This document shows positions 35,026-42,407 of a DNA stretch of 45,171 bases, in pieces. Location of the stretch: assembly GCA_031287845.1 (NCBI GenBank), contig JAITSI010000073.1, positions 1 through 45,171 of the forward strand. Reading direction: 5' to 3'. A program made the position numbers and the translations under genes. The DNA comes from Puniceicoccales bacterium (GTDB lineage: Bacteria; Verrucomicrobiota; Verrucomicrobiia; Opitutales; JAIRLM01). The notes beneath the pieces were generated by a model. The model worked only from the letters and a program-made list of their open reading frames with translations, had not been told where the DNA came from and did not search any database. The first letter of the stretch is position 1. Each line of letters opens with the position of its first letter.

Positions 35026-35220
35026 TCCTGTCGCATGGATTAAAATGCATCGCCTGTCAAGCCTATCCCGTAGCCAAATTTTTACTGACCGCAACAGATG
35101 CCTGGCTTCCACTCCGGCCTCCCGGCCTTTTTTTTTACCAATTGGTCCCGCTCCGTCCGGACATGGTCGACCGCCCCCTGTTTTCGGGCCATTTTCCTCC
35201 TCAGGTGGCTCTGGGAGTGG

Positions 35221-35304
35221 TGGTGAGAGAGGGATTCGAACCCCCGAAGGGCAATGCCCGACAGATTTACAGTCTGCACCCTTTAGCCGCTTGGATATCT
35301 CACC
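35221..35304 (-). tRNA. tRNA-Tyr (anticodon GTA), encoded CCA
   Basis: The reverse complement reads GGTGAGATATCCAAGCGGCTAAAGGGTGCAGACTGTAAATCTGTCGGGCATTGCCCTTCGGGGGTTCGAATCCCTCTCTCACCA. The anticodon loop is CTGTAAA, there is a long variable arm, and the T-loop is GGTTCGAATCC. Confidence 0.95.
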
Positions 35305-35418
35305 GCGGAACCATTTCTGGTTTTTTTTCGAAACCTGGCCAAGCTTTTTCGTGGAAAATTTTGCCGGGGGGAAGCAAATTTCCCTTTCCGTCGGGATTTT
35401 TTTGGCTACAATGACACC

Positions 35419-37047
35419 ATGCGCCTATGGCCGTTCGGGGGAAGGAAGGCAAAGGAGCGGGTGCCATTTGCCTCCGGTCGGGGAACCCGCTGCGTTTTGT
35501 CGTTGGGGTCCAGTCAGTTGATCGCGGTGCGTCTCCTGGCCGACGAGGGCCAGCTGCTGTGCCGCGAGGTGCACCGGGCGGATCTGGCCGCGGGTGAGGA
35601 ATGGTGGCCGACGCTTTCCAAGGCACTGGCCGACCTGCCCCGCTCCCTCCACGGACTGCCCTGCACGCTTGTCCTGCCCCACAATCTTCCCCTGGTCAAG
35701 TGGGTGGCGTTGCCGGCGGTGGAGCCATTTTTGCTGCGGGCCACGCTGGCCGATGCCCTGGGCCTGGACCAGCCATTTCCCCACGAGGACTACGTCTGGG
35801 ACCACATCGGCGCCAGCGGCGACGGCCACTATGTCTTTGCGGAGCAGCGGGTCCAGCTTGCCCCGATCTTTGATCTTCTTGCCACGGCGGGCTTTTACCC
35901 GGATGGGGCGATTCCTCCCCTGATGGCGGATTTTTCCCGGGCCCTGCGGGTGGCGGCAACGCGGACGAGCAATCTGCTGCACCTGGGCATCGGCGAGGGC
36001 AGCACGACGCTCATCCTCACGGGCGGGAAGCGGCCGTACCTGCGCTACGTGAACTTTGGCTGGGACAGGCTCTTCGCCGACGGGGAGGGAGATCTCGGCG
36101 GGGAACGCTGGGCGAGGGCCCTGCGGAGCTGGCTGGCGGGGCAAAAGGTGGGGGACGAGGACCTGCAGCGGGCGGCGGAACGGCGGGGAATGGAGTTTTT
36201 CACCGCCCTGCACGAGGAGATCCTGCGCACGGAAATGCACCAGATCCACCATCTGGGCGGCAAGCATTTCCCCGAGTTTTTTTTCTACGGGAGCGGGGAT
36301 AATTCGCTGCTGCTGCAACTTTTACAGGAAAAATACCGGGCCAAGGGACACGCCTTCCAGCCGGAGGACCACTGCACGCTGGCCCGCTCCGTCCGGGCCC
36401 GGGCCGGCCGGCTGGACTCCCTCATCTGGATGCGGCTCCTCGAGGCGGGCACCTTCCAGGGCTCCGTCCCATGCCCATTCCTGCCCCAGTTCATCCGGCG
36501 CCGCAAGCTCGCGGCCCAGGTGCGGGGCGTTGCCACCGCGGCGACGGCGCTGCTCTGGGGCATGCTCCTGGTTGGCATCGCTTACCACGGCCTGGAGGGA
36601 AGTTTGCTGGCCGGCCAGCGGCAGGAACTGGTCCAGGCCCATTCCCGGGCCACGGTCCTGGCCAAGCGCTACGCGCTGGTGCGGAAGGAGGAGGAGCGGC
36701 TGGTGGAAAACTTTACCCGCATCGACACGGTGCGCCAGCGCCAGGAAAATTGGCTGCGCCTGTTCTCCGACCTGCAGACGGTGCTGGCCAGGGCCGGGGA
36801 TGCATGGCTGGAAGAATTTCAACTGGAAGGGGATCGGCAGTCGCCCCACGCTCGCATTGCCCTGACCGGCAAGCTGCTGCTGCCCCGGGACGGGGATGCG
36901 GCGGCCAGGGAAGGCCTGGATCGGCTGCTGGCCGGGCTGCAGATCCTGCGCTGGGTGAATGCGGTGGAGAATGTGGTCATTTTACCCCGGGAGGGATTTT
37001 TGCAGGCCTTCCACTGCTCCCTGGTCCTGCAGAACCTGCAACTGTGA
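35419..37047 (+). CDS. PilM-like actin-fold pilus assembly protein fused to a PilN-like TM/coiled-coil region (Amuc_1101-like)
   Basis: The N-terminal PilM-type segments include LLHLGIGEGSTTLILTGGKRPYLRYVNFGW. The C-terminal part has a TM helix (ATAATALLWGMLLVGIAY) followed by a helical region. GC is high, as in host DNA. Confidence 0.7.
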   Translation: MRLWPFGGRKAKERVPFASGRGTRCVLSLGSSQLIAVRLLADEGQLLCREVHRADLAAGEEWWPTLSKALADLPRSLHGLPCTLVLPHNLPLVKWVALPAVEPFLLRATLADALGLDQPFPHEDYVWDHIGASGDGHYVFAEQRVQLAPIFDLLATAGFYPDGAIPPLMADFSRALRVAATRTSNLLHLGIGEGSTTLILTGGKRPYLRYVNFGWDRLFADGEGDLGGERWARALRSWLAGQKVGDEDLQRAAERRGMEFFTALHEEILRTEMHQIHHLGGKHFPEFFFYGSGDNSLLLQLLQEKYRAKGHAFQPEDHCTLARSVRARAGRLDSLIWMRLLEAGTFQGSVPCPFLPQFIRRRKLAAQVRGVATAATALLWGMLLVGIAYHGLEGSLLAGQRQELVQAHSRATVLAKRYALVRKEEERLVENFTRIDTVRQRQENWLRLFSDLQTVLARAGDAWLEEFQLEGDRQSPHARIALTGKLLLPRDGDAAAREGLDRLLAGLQILRWVNAVENVVILPREGFLQAFHCSLVLQNLQL

Positions 37048-37054
37048 GGGAATC

Positions 37055-37909
37055 ATGGAGAAGAAGCAAAAGGTGCGCATTGCCCTGGCCCTGGCGGTCC
37101 TCGCCGTGACCCTGGTTTTGGGATTTTTCTACGTCCGTTCCCGTTCCCGGACCCGCGAATTGGATTCCCGCTGCAATAAACTCTACGGCGAAATCCTCCT
37201 CCTGGCCCGCTCCTATGGCAACTGCGCCGAGGTCCACGTGGAGGAAATGGAGGCGGTCGTTGCCCGGAGCTGGGTCCAGTTCCAGCGGGCGCTAGGGGAT
37301 CGGCAGCGGGAGGAGCTGGAAACGCCGCCGAGCACAACTAGCTGGGCAGAATTTTACTTCGACCTGGTGGAGGAATCCAAGCGGCTGGTCGAATTGGCAG
37401 GGGAATGTGCCGTGGTCCTGCTCGACGGGGAACGCTTCGGCTTCGGCGACACCGTGCGCGAGGGCCGCATAGAGGAGGGGGCCATGGAGCAGTGGCGCGG
37501 GGAAATTCGAAAAATTGGCACCCTGCTCTCCCTCCTGTTCCGCTCCTCGGCGGGGGACCTGCGCTTCCAATCCATTTCCCGGGGCAGCGCCTCGCTCCAG
37601 GAACTTTCCGCCCATCCCAACGATCTCTTCGATTCCCGCCCGGTGCCAACGCTGCGGCCAATCCTGGACTGCGAAACCAGCCTCTACCGGCTCCAGTTCC
37701 AGTGCCATACGGCCACGCTGCGCCACTTTCTCAATGCCCTCGAGGACCAGCTGCTGCCGGCCGTCCTGCGCAACATTCGCGTAACCGTGCCGGTCAAGCC
37801 GCCGGGGGCTGATCCCTGGAACCGCTGGTTGCTGGTGGACCCGCAGCCGGTCCAGTGCACCGTTTTTCTGGAATGGGTCCAGCTGCTGCCGGGGGAGGAG
37901 GGCCGCTAG
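37055..37909 (+). CDS. N-terminally anchored pilus-like protein (Amuc_1100-like architecture, from memory)
   Basis: ATG 37055 follows GAGGG. It has a TM helix (IALALAVLAVTLVLGFF). The late block LYRLQFQCHTATLRHFLNALEDQLLPAVLRNIRV parallels the ...LEIAFQGDRESVLKAMNAI......VNSIRIRN block I recall from Amuc_1100. Confidence 0.5.
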   Translation: MEKKQKVRIALALAVLAVTLVLGFFYVRSRSRTRELDSRCNKLYGEILLLARSYGNCAEVHVEEMEAVVARSWVQFQRALGDRQREELETPPSTTSWAEFYFDLVEESKRLVELAGECAVVLLDGERFGFGDTVREGRIEEGAMEQWRGEIRKIGTLLSLLFRSSAGDLRFQSISRGSASLQELSAHPNDLFDSRPVPTLRPILDCETSLYRLQFQCHTATLRHFLNALEDQLLPAVLRNIRVTVPVKPPGADPWNRWLLVDPQPVQCTVFLEWVQLLPGEEGR

Positions 37910-38674
37910 ATGGAAGGGGATTTGTTTCAGCACCTGCGCCGCGCCATCGCCACCGTTGCCTGCGTGGTGGGGGTCTTCTTTGCCGTTCGCATCTGCCAGC
38001 TCCTCTTCGGCTGGCAGTCGCCCAACCTGGATCCCGGCGATGCGGCGCCAGGCGTCATCGGCGCCGGGGAGTTCCACCTGCTGCCGGATTTCGACTGGCC
38101 GGAGCCGGAACGGGGAAGCCGGGACGTGGATCTTTTTTCCCCTCCCACCGTGGAATTGAAGCGGGGAAAGCCGACGAAGTGGCATGGCAGCGTGAACTTG
38201 CCGACGACCCAGTTCCAGCTGCTGCGGCTGGAAGAGTTACCCTACCACCTCCAGCTGGACGGCTTTGTGGAGGAGGCCGACGGGGCCCTGCGCCTGTTCC
38301 TCCGGGATTCTAGGACAGGTTCCGTCCTCGCCCTGCGCCAGGGGGAGTCCGCGGAGGGGGGGGGCCCAACAATTCTCCGCTGGGAGTGGGAAACCCAGGG
38401 CAGGAGCCTGCGCGTGTTCCTCTGGGACAGCGACGACGAGACGGAGCGCTGCCTGCGCATGGGCTCCCGCACCATGTCCGGAAACTACAGGGTGGAAATT
38501 CGGGCGGAAACCAACGGCGGCGTCACCCTGCACCGGCTCTCCTCCATTGGCCAGTCCTTTCCCCTCCCCGGCGGTGACTGCATGCTTGTGGCCGTCGATC
38601 CCGAGCGGAAGTGCGTTTCCCTCCAGCCGCCGACCGGTCCCATGGTGGAGGTTGGCCTCGGAGGAACGCGGTGA
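37910..38674 (+). CDS. Membrane-anchored protein of the pilus-like cluster (Amuc_1099-like, by position)
   Basis: The ATG abuts the previous TAG. It has an N-terminal TM helix (IATVACVVGVFFAVRICQLLF) and is 254 aa. Confidence 0.55.
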   Translation: MEGDLFQHLRRAIATVACVVGVFFAVRICQLLFGWQSPNLDPGDAAPGVIGAGEFHLLPDFDWPEPERGSRDVDLFSPPTVELKRGKPTKWHGSVNLPTTQFQLLRLEELPYHLQLDGFVEEADGALRLFLRDSRTGSVLALRQGESAEGGGPTILRWEWETQGRSLRVFLWDSDDETERCLRMGSRTMSGNYRVEIRAETNGGVTLHRLSSIGQSFPLPGGDCMLVAVDPERKCVSLQPPTGPMVEVGLGGTR

Positions 38675-38946
38675 GCGGCGGGCAGGTGGGGGCGATGGTT
38701 CCGGCGGGGGCTGCGCTCCCTTTGCCAATTCTTCCTCCGCGCAGTGCCGCGGCACGGGCAACCGGGGAAGGGGGAAAGTGCAGCGGAGCCGGGGGCAGAG
38801 TCTCCAACCGGGCCAGGCCGGCATAAAATTTCAATCCATGCCCTCCCGGGCCCGGCGCAATTGGCTTGACGCTGGGCCGGCTTTTCGCTGGGAACTATGG
38901 GCGCGGGACCCGGATGCCCGGGCCATTTGGCAATGGCGGACCGTCT

Positions 38947-39948
38947 ATGACACGTACCGGCAACAATCTTCCCGCCACATCATGTTCTGGAACGGAGGTG
39001 GGATCTAATCTCCTATCTGATCAAGATAATTCCCAACGGTTACCCACCCCAATTCATTTAACCCAGAAGAAATCTTCGACCGGAAGGAAAATTTTCGGCA
39101 GCCTGGGGGCTGCGCTATTCGTGCTATTTGCCCTGCCGGCCATGGCCATTGGCATACCATTCGCCATGGTAGCCTGTGCCATTGGCGGAGAAGGGTCGCT
39201 TGCCCCACTCCGCTCCATTCGCCGCCTTTTGGTCTTCCTCGTCCACGGAACCAGTTTTCAATTGCAGAAACAGCAATTACAGGAACAACAACCGAAGGAG
39301 AAGCAATTGCAGAAGTTGCATGCCCTGGCACTGGCACTCAAGGAAAATTTCCGTTACGTCCATGAAGACGTCAACAGGAAAAGCATTCTTTCCTTTTTGG
39401 ATAAGATTGCGACATGTGACGACCCCAGGGTGGTTCCAGAAAAGGAGTTTGAAATAAAACTGGAAAACATATCCGGCGGCCAACCGGAAACATGGAAGCA
39501 ATCCTTTATGCTTTTTGATCTTATTTTTAGTTTGAATCCCCCACCGCAGGAACGGCTGGCCCTAGATTTTTTAGAAAGCTTGGACCAGGGTACACTCGGC
39601 CAGTTTTTTGAAATTAATTGTGAAATTTTTTACGGCATCGCTTTCAATGGGAGCGACCGGGGCTGCGTACGAATTTTAAATCTGCTTGGAACCTGTCCCG
39701 AGGATCTTCAAAAGAAGATGCTTACAATTAAAAATATGCGGGAAGAAATTCCGTTAAAGTTTTTCCATTTCGTCTCCTCCAACAGGAAAAAAACGCGGCA
39801 GAAACTGCGGCAAATGACGAAATCCTGGAAATACGCACCGGATGAAGCCGAACTTAGGAAAAGTATTGAAAAGATCTTGAAAGATTGGCAAAAGACCGTA
39901 GCGGCCCCATCGAAATCCTCGACCGGTGGCCAGGCTGCTACGGTCTGA
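38947..39948 (+). CDS. Low-GC orphan membrane protein of unknown function
   Basis: The ORF is open from 38866, with candidate ATGs at 38914 and 38947. It has one long hydrophobic segment (IFGSLGAALFVLFALPAMAIGIPFAMVACAIGG) followed by a Lys/Glu-rich helical region. GC drops sharply from about 39000 to 39950. Confidence 0.55.
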   Translation: MTRTGNNLPATSCSGTEVGSNLLSDQDNSQRLPTPIHLTQKKSSTGRKIFGSLGAALFVLFALPAMAIGIPFAMVACAIGGEGSLAPLRSIRRLLVFLVHGTSFQLQKQQLQEQQPKEKQLQKLHALALALKENFRYVHEDVNRKSILSFLDKIATCDDPRVVPEKEFEIKLENISGGQPETWKQSFMLFDLIFSLNPPPQERLALDFLESLDQGTLGQFFEINCEIFYGIAFNGSDRGCVRILNLLGTCPEDLQKKMLTIKNMREEIPLKFFHFVSSNRKKTRQKLRQMTKSWKYAPDEAELRKSIEKILKDWQKTVAAPSKSSTGGQAATV

Positions 39949-39974
39949 TCCCAAGCACCCACGGATTCCTTGGG

Positions 39975-40285
39975 TCAGGACCCGTAAAACCACATTCCAC
40001 CTCCACCTGGAATAGTGACCGATACGGACCTGTTGTGCAGGAGCTTGACTTTTTGAGGGAAAGGCCGCTCACGGGCGCTGCCCGGCGGAGCGGGCAGTGC
40101 CGCGGGCCGGCCCTGATGGCAAAAAGGCCACGCGGGGCGACCTGCGCGCTGCCCATGGCATCTGCCATGGCAGAAGCATCGCCCAATACCCCATTCTATC
40201 ATCTCCTGGGGTTGGGCCGGCCCGCCAGCTTTGGATGGAACTGTCCGTAGCGCCCGTCCGGCCGGCGTCCCGAGCGAAGCGAGGG
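39975..40285 (+). repeat. Copy A of a ~300-bp dispersed repeat (copy B at 44860..45157, same orientation)
   Basis: The aligned copies are ~90% identical with one 12-13-bp indel. The copy starts tcaggacccgtaaaaccacattccacctccacc and ends cgtcccgagcgaagcgaggg. It contains the hairpins ctgcccg-gcg(g/a)ag-cgggcag and, in A, ctgcccatggca-tc-tgccatggcag. Confidence 0.9.
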
Positions 40286-40682
40286 GGCCTCGAGGGCCGG
40301 CCAGGCCCTTTTGGGGGCTTTGCCCCCAGCTTCGCTTCCCCCAACTATCGATGCAGCGGCACTCCATGGGCGGGGGATTGGCAAAGGGGCGCGGCAGCCC
40401 CCTTTGCGACCTCCGGCCCGGCTGGGGGCGCTTCCCCCGGCTTCGCTTCCCCCAGGCCACCGGTGCCGTGGCGACGGTACTTCGCGGAGGGGGTGCCAGA
40501 GGGGGCGCAGCCCCACCGCCAACCGGCGGTCGTCCAAGACAGAAGGAACAGCCGCCTTCCGTTCCGCGGAACAGGGCTTGGAAATTATTCCTCGGAGAGG
40601 ATTGGGAGGCCGTGAACCCAGAAGAAATTTATGCGGTCTGACCCCAGGGCGAATGAATTCCCCGCGCGGCGGCGAATCGCCC

Positions 40683-40711
40683 TTGACCGCCGCGGTCGAA
40701 AAACCTAGCAA
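40683..40711 (+). promoter_or_regulatory. Possible sigma70-type promoter of tRNA-Ser
   Basis: TTGACC, then 17 nt, then TAGCAA, ending 10 nt before the mature tRNA 5' end. The -10 element is weak. Confidence 0.3.
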
Positions 40712-40721
40712 TGGGGCCGTC

Positions 40722-40814
40722 GGAGAGATGGCTGAGCGGTCGAAAGCGCCTTCCTGCTAAGAAGGTGGTCCTATAAAACGGGACTCGAGGGTTCGAATCC
40801 CTCTCTCTCCGCCA
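40722..40814 (+). tRNA. tRNA-Ser (anticodon GCT), encoded CCA
   Basis: GGAGAGATGGCTGAGCGGTCGAAAGCGCCTTCCTGCTAAGAAGGTGGTCCTATAAAACGGGACTCGAGGGTTCGAATCCCTCTCTCTCCGCCA. The anticodon loop is CTGCTAA and there is a long variable arm. Confidence 0.95.
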
Positions 40815-41659
40815 GGGCTTTTGCCGCTGGCCCATGGCGCCATCGGCTCCTCCCAAAAGTTTGGCGGGTCGTCGTTTGGAATTTCTCCGGGCCGGTGCCC
40901 GCCGGGGGCGTGGGGAGGATAGAAGACCCGCTCCAGGAAAAGTCCCTGGGGTGGGGCCGTGGGCAAGGCCGGCAGCTGTCCCGGATGGCGCAGCCGGTCC
41001 AGAATGTCCCGTTCCCTTGCCTTGGCGCAGGCCACGGCCAGGAGCGCTCCCACCAGGCGGCGCACCATGCGGTAGAGAAAGCCGGATCCCTCCACGGCGT
41101 AGGTCCAGCCCACGCCGTCGTCGAAAAATTCGCTGCGGCTGATGGTGCGGTGCGGGTCCCCATCTCCCCGGCGATTGGCGAAGGAGGAAAAGTCATGGGT
41201 GCCGAGGAACAGCGGGGCAGTTTTTTGCAAAATTTCGCCGGAGAAGGCGAGGTGGCCCAGAAACCAGCGGAAGCGGAAGCGGAAGGGGTCGGAGGGGCCG
41301 CCGGCCAGCCGGTAGCAGTAGCGCTTGCCGGTGGCGGAGAAGCGGGCATGGAAGTCGGCGGGGACGGGGGCGAGGTCCAGCAGGCGGATGGCGGGGGGAA
41401 GGCCGTCGCCGATGGCCCGGAGAAGGCATTCCGTCCCGTGGCGCCAGGGCGGGGAATCGAAGTGGAAAACCTGGCCCAGCGCGTGGACGCCGGCATCGGT
41501 GCGGCCGGAGCCGACGGCGGCGGTGCCCGGCCGAAAAATTTTTCCCAGGCGCTGCTCCAGCCGGTCCTGGATTGTGTTGCCCGATAGCTGGCTCTGCCAG
41601 CCGGAAAAGTCCGTCCCGTCGTAGGCGCAGATGCCGCGCCAGCGCTGTTTTTCCCCCAT
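40757..41659 (-). CDS. truA: tRNA pseudouridine(38-40) synthase TruA
   Basis: Motifs include ICAYDGTDFSGWQSQ, GRTDAGVHALGQV, FHARFSA..K.Y.Y and GLFLERVFY. The C-terminal ~55 aa are an unusual tail whose last ~19 codons are antisense to tRNA-Ser. Confidence 0.9.
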   Translation of the reverse strand: MGEKQRWRGICAYDGTDFSGWQSQLSGNTIQDRLEQRLGKIFRPGTAAVGSGRTDAGVHALGQVFHFDSPPWRHGTECLLRAIGDGLPPAIRLLDLAPVPADFHARFSATGKRYCYRLAGGPSDPFRFRFRWFLGHLAFSGEILQKTAPLFLGTHDFSSFANRRGDGDPHRTISRSEFFDDGVGWTYAVEGSGFLYRMVRRLVGALLAVACAKARERDILDRLRHPGQLPALPTAPPQGLFLERVFYPPHAPGGHRPGEIPNDDPPNFWEEPMAPWASGKSPGGERGIRTLESRFIGPPS

Positions 41660-41665
41660 GGTTTT

Positions 41666-42169
41666 TCAGAAAAGGAAGGATTTATCGAAAAAATCGCCGC
41701 ACCGGTTCCCATTTTCCCGCGCCGGGACAGGGTCCCGTGCGCCATTTTCCCTCCTCCGGCCGTCCAGGAATTCCTGCAGCAGCAGCGCGGCCGCCCGGGA
41801 GTCGGCGAGCCCGCTACGCCGCTGGCGGCGCAGCTGGGCGAGCCCGGCTTCCCGGACCCGCATTGCCATTTCCCGTTCCACCGCCCAGCTGGTGAGATGC
41901 TCATCGGAGAGGTGCACGGGTAGGCCGAACCGCTCCTCCAGCTGCCGGCCGAAGTCCCTCACGCGCCTGGCCCAGCTGCCTTCCTGCCCATCCGGCCCGA
42001 GGGGATGGCCCAGCACGACGGCGTCGACGCGCCGGGTCCGGATCGTGCGCTCCAGGGCGATCCAGGGCGCGCCGAGGATGGGGGCAATGGGTACGGCGAC
42101 CCCCGGCTCATCCTCGCCCAGGGCAAGGCCGGTTCGCCGGCTGCCGTAGTCAATGGCCAGGTAGCGCAC
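41666..42169 (-). CDS. ruvX: Holliday-junction-resolvase-like / pre-16S rRNA nuclease RuvX (YqgF)
   Basis: MRYLAIDYGSRRTGLALGED..., VDAVVLGHPLGPDG and VHLSDEHLTS are typical YqgF motifs. Confidence 0.85.
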   Translation of the reverse strand: MRYLAIDYGSRRTGLALGEDEPGVAVPIAPILGAPWIALERTIRTRRVDAVVLGHPLGPDGQEGSWARRVRDFGRQLEERFGLPVHLSDEHLTSWAVEREMAMRVREAGLAQLRRQRRSGLADSRAAALLLQEFLDGRRRENGARDPVPARENGNRCGDFFDKSFLF

Positions 42170-42173
42170 GGCG

Positions 42174-42395
42174 TCACACTTTCAGGGGCTGCAGGGACGT
42201 GCCGCAGTGGGGGCAGCGCAGGGATGGGGACGGGTCCGACAGAAAGCGGCGGCAGCGGTCGCAGTGGAAAACGTGGAAGCGGGGGTCGCGGCCGCGGCTA
42301 TCCCGGCACTCGACGGCGAGCTGGATGGGAATGGCCAGGGCGGTGGCGGCCAGGGAAATCAGGGCAAGGGCGATGGCAATGGATGGAAGTATCAT
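42174..42395 (-). CDS. Small membrane protein with a zinc-ribbon (CxxC...CxxC)
   Basis: It is 73 aa with an N-terminal TM helix followed by HCDRCRRF...CPHCG. It lies in an operon-like position between the membrane protein and ruvX. Confidence 0.45.
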   Translation of the reverse strand: MILPSIAIALALISLAATALAIPIQLAVECRDSRGRDPRFHVFHCDRCRRFLSDPSPSLRCPHCGTSLQPLKV

Positions 42396-42407
42396 GTGGA
42401 GACGGGG

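Larger units (their letters stand above)
1..35220. mobile_element. Integrated temperate podovirus-like prophage; the left end is outside the window and the right end abuts the 3' end of tRNA-Tyr
   Basis: A contiguous plus-strand late operon spans 255..29990 (terminase, portal, scaffold, capsid, tail tube, internal proteins, fibres). It is followed by accessory genes and a tyrosine integrase whose 5' end lies ~110-200 bp from the 3' end of a tRNA gene. No att direct repeat could be identified inside the window. Confidence 0.8.

Noticed and set aside
35305-35418. A short hairpin plus T8 (gaaccatttctggtttttttt) lies just beyond the 5' end of tRNA-Tyr and was considered as a plus-strand terminator.
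   Set aside because: The stem is only 5-6 bp with a mismatch, and there is no upstream plus-strand gene to terminate. It is more likely part of the tRNA-Tyr / PilM-like divergent promoter region.
35425-38824. Many long ORFs lie on the opposite strand or in alternative frames of the PilM-like/Amuc_1100-like/Amuc_1099-like genes (for example 35425..36318-, 36056..36865+, 37292..38185-, 38237..38824-, 38265..39008+).
   Set aside because: They are Arg/Pro/Gly/Ala-rich low-complexity translations, typical of stop-poor shadow frames in >60% GC DNA. They overlap ORFs that have recognisable TM and domain patterns.
39885-40250. Coding potential of the ~300-bp repeat was considered (ORFs 39885..40250+ and 44353..45042+ share ...KPHSTST..SDRYGPVVQELD...).
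   Set aside because: Differences between the copies are mostly non-synonymous in that frame. One copy has a 12-13-bp indel. The ORFs begin or end in unrelated flanking sequence.
39975-40285. The repeat was checked against known housekeeping RNAs (RNase P, tmRNA, SRP/4.5S, 6S, group II intron domain V).
   Set aside because: None of the signature sequences I can recall (GGAAAGTCCGG, tRNA-like 3' end with GGTTCGAATCC...CCA, SRP GGAA motifs, domain V) is present on either strand. A proper covariance-model scan is still needed.
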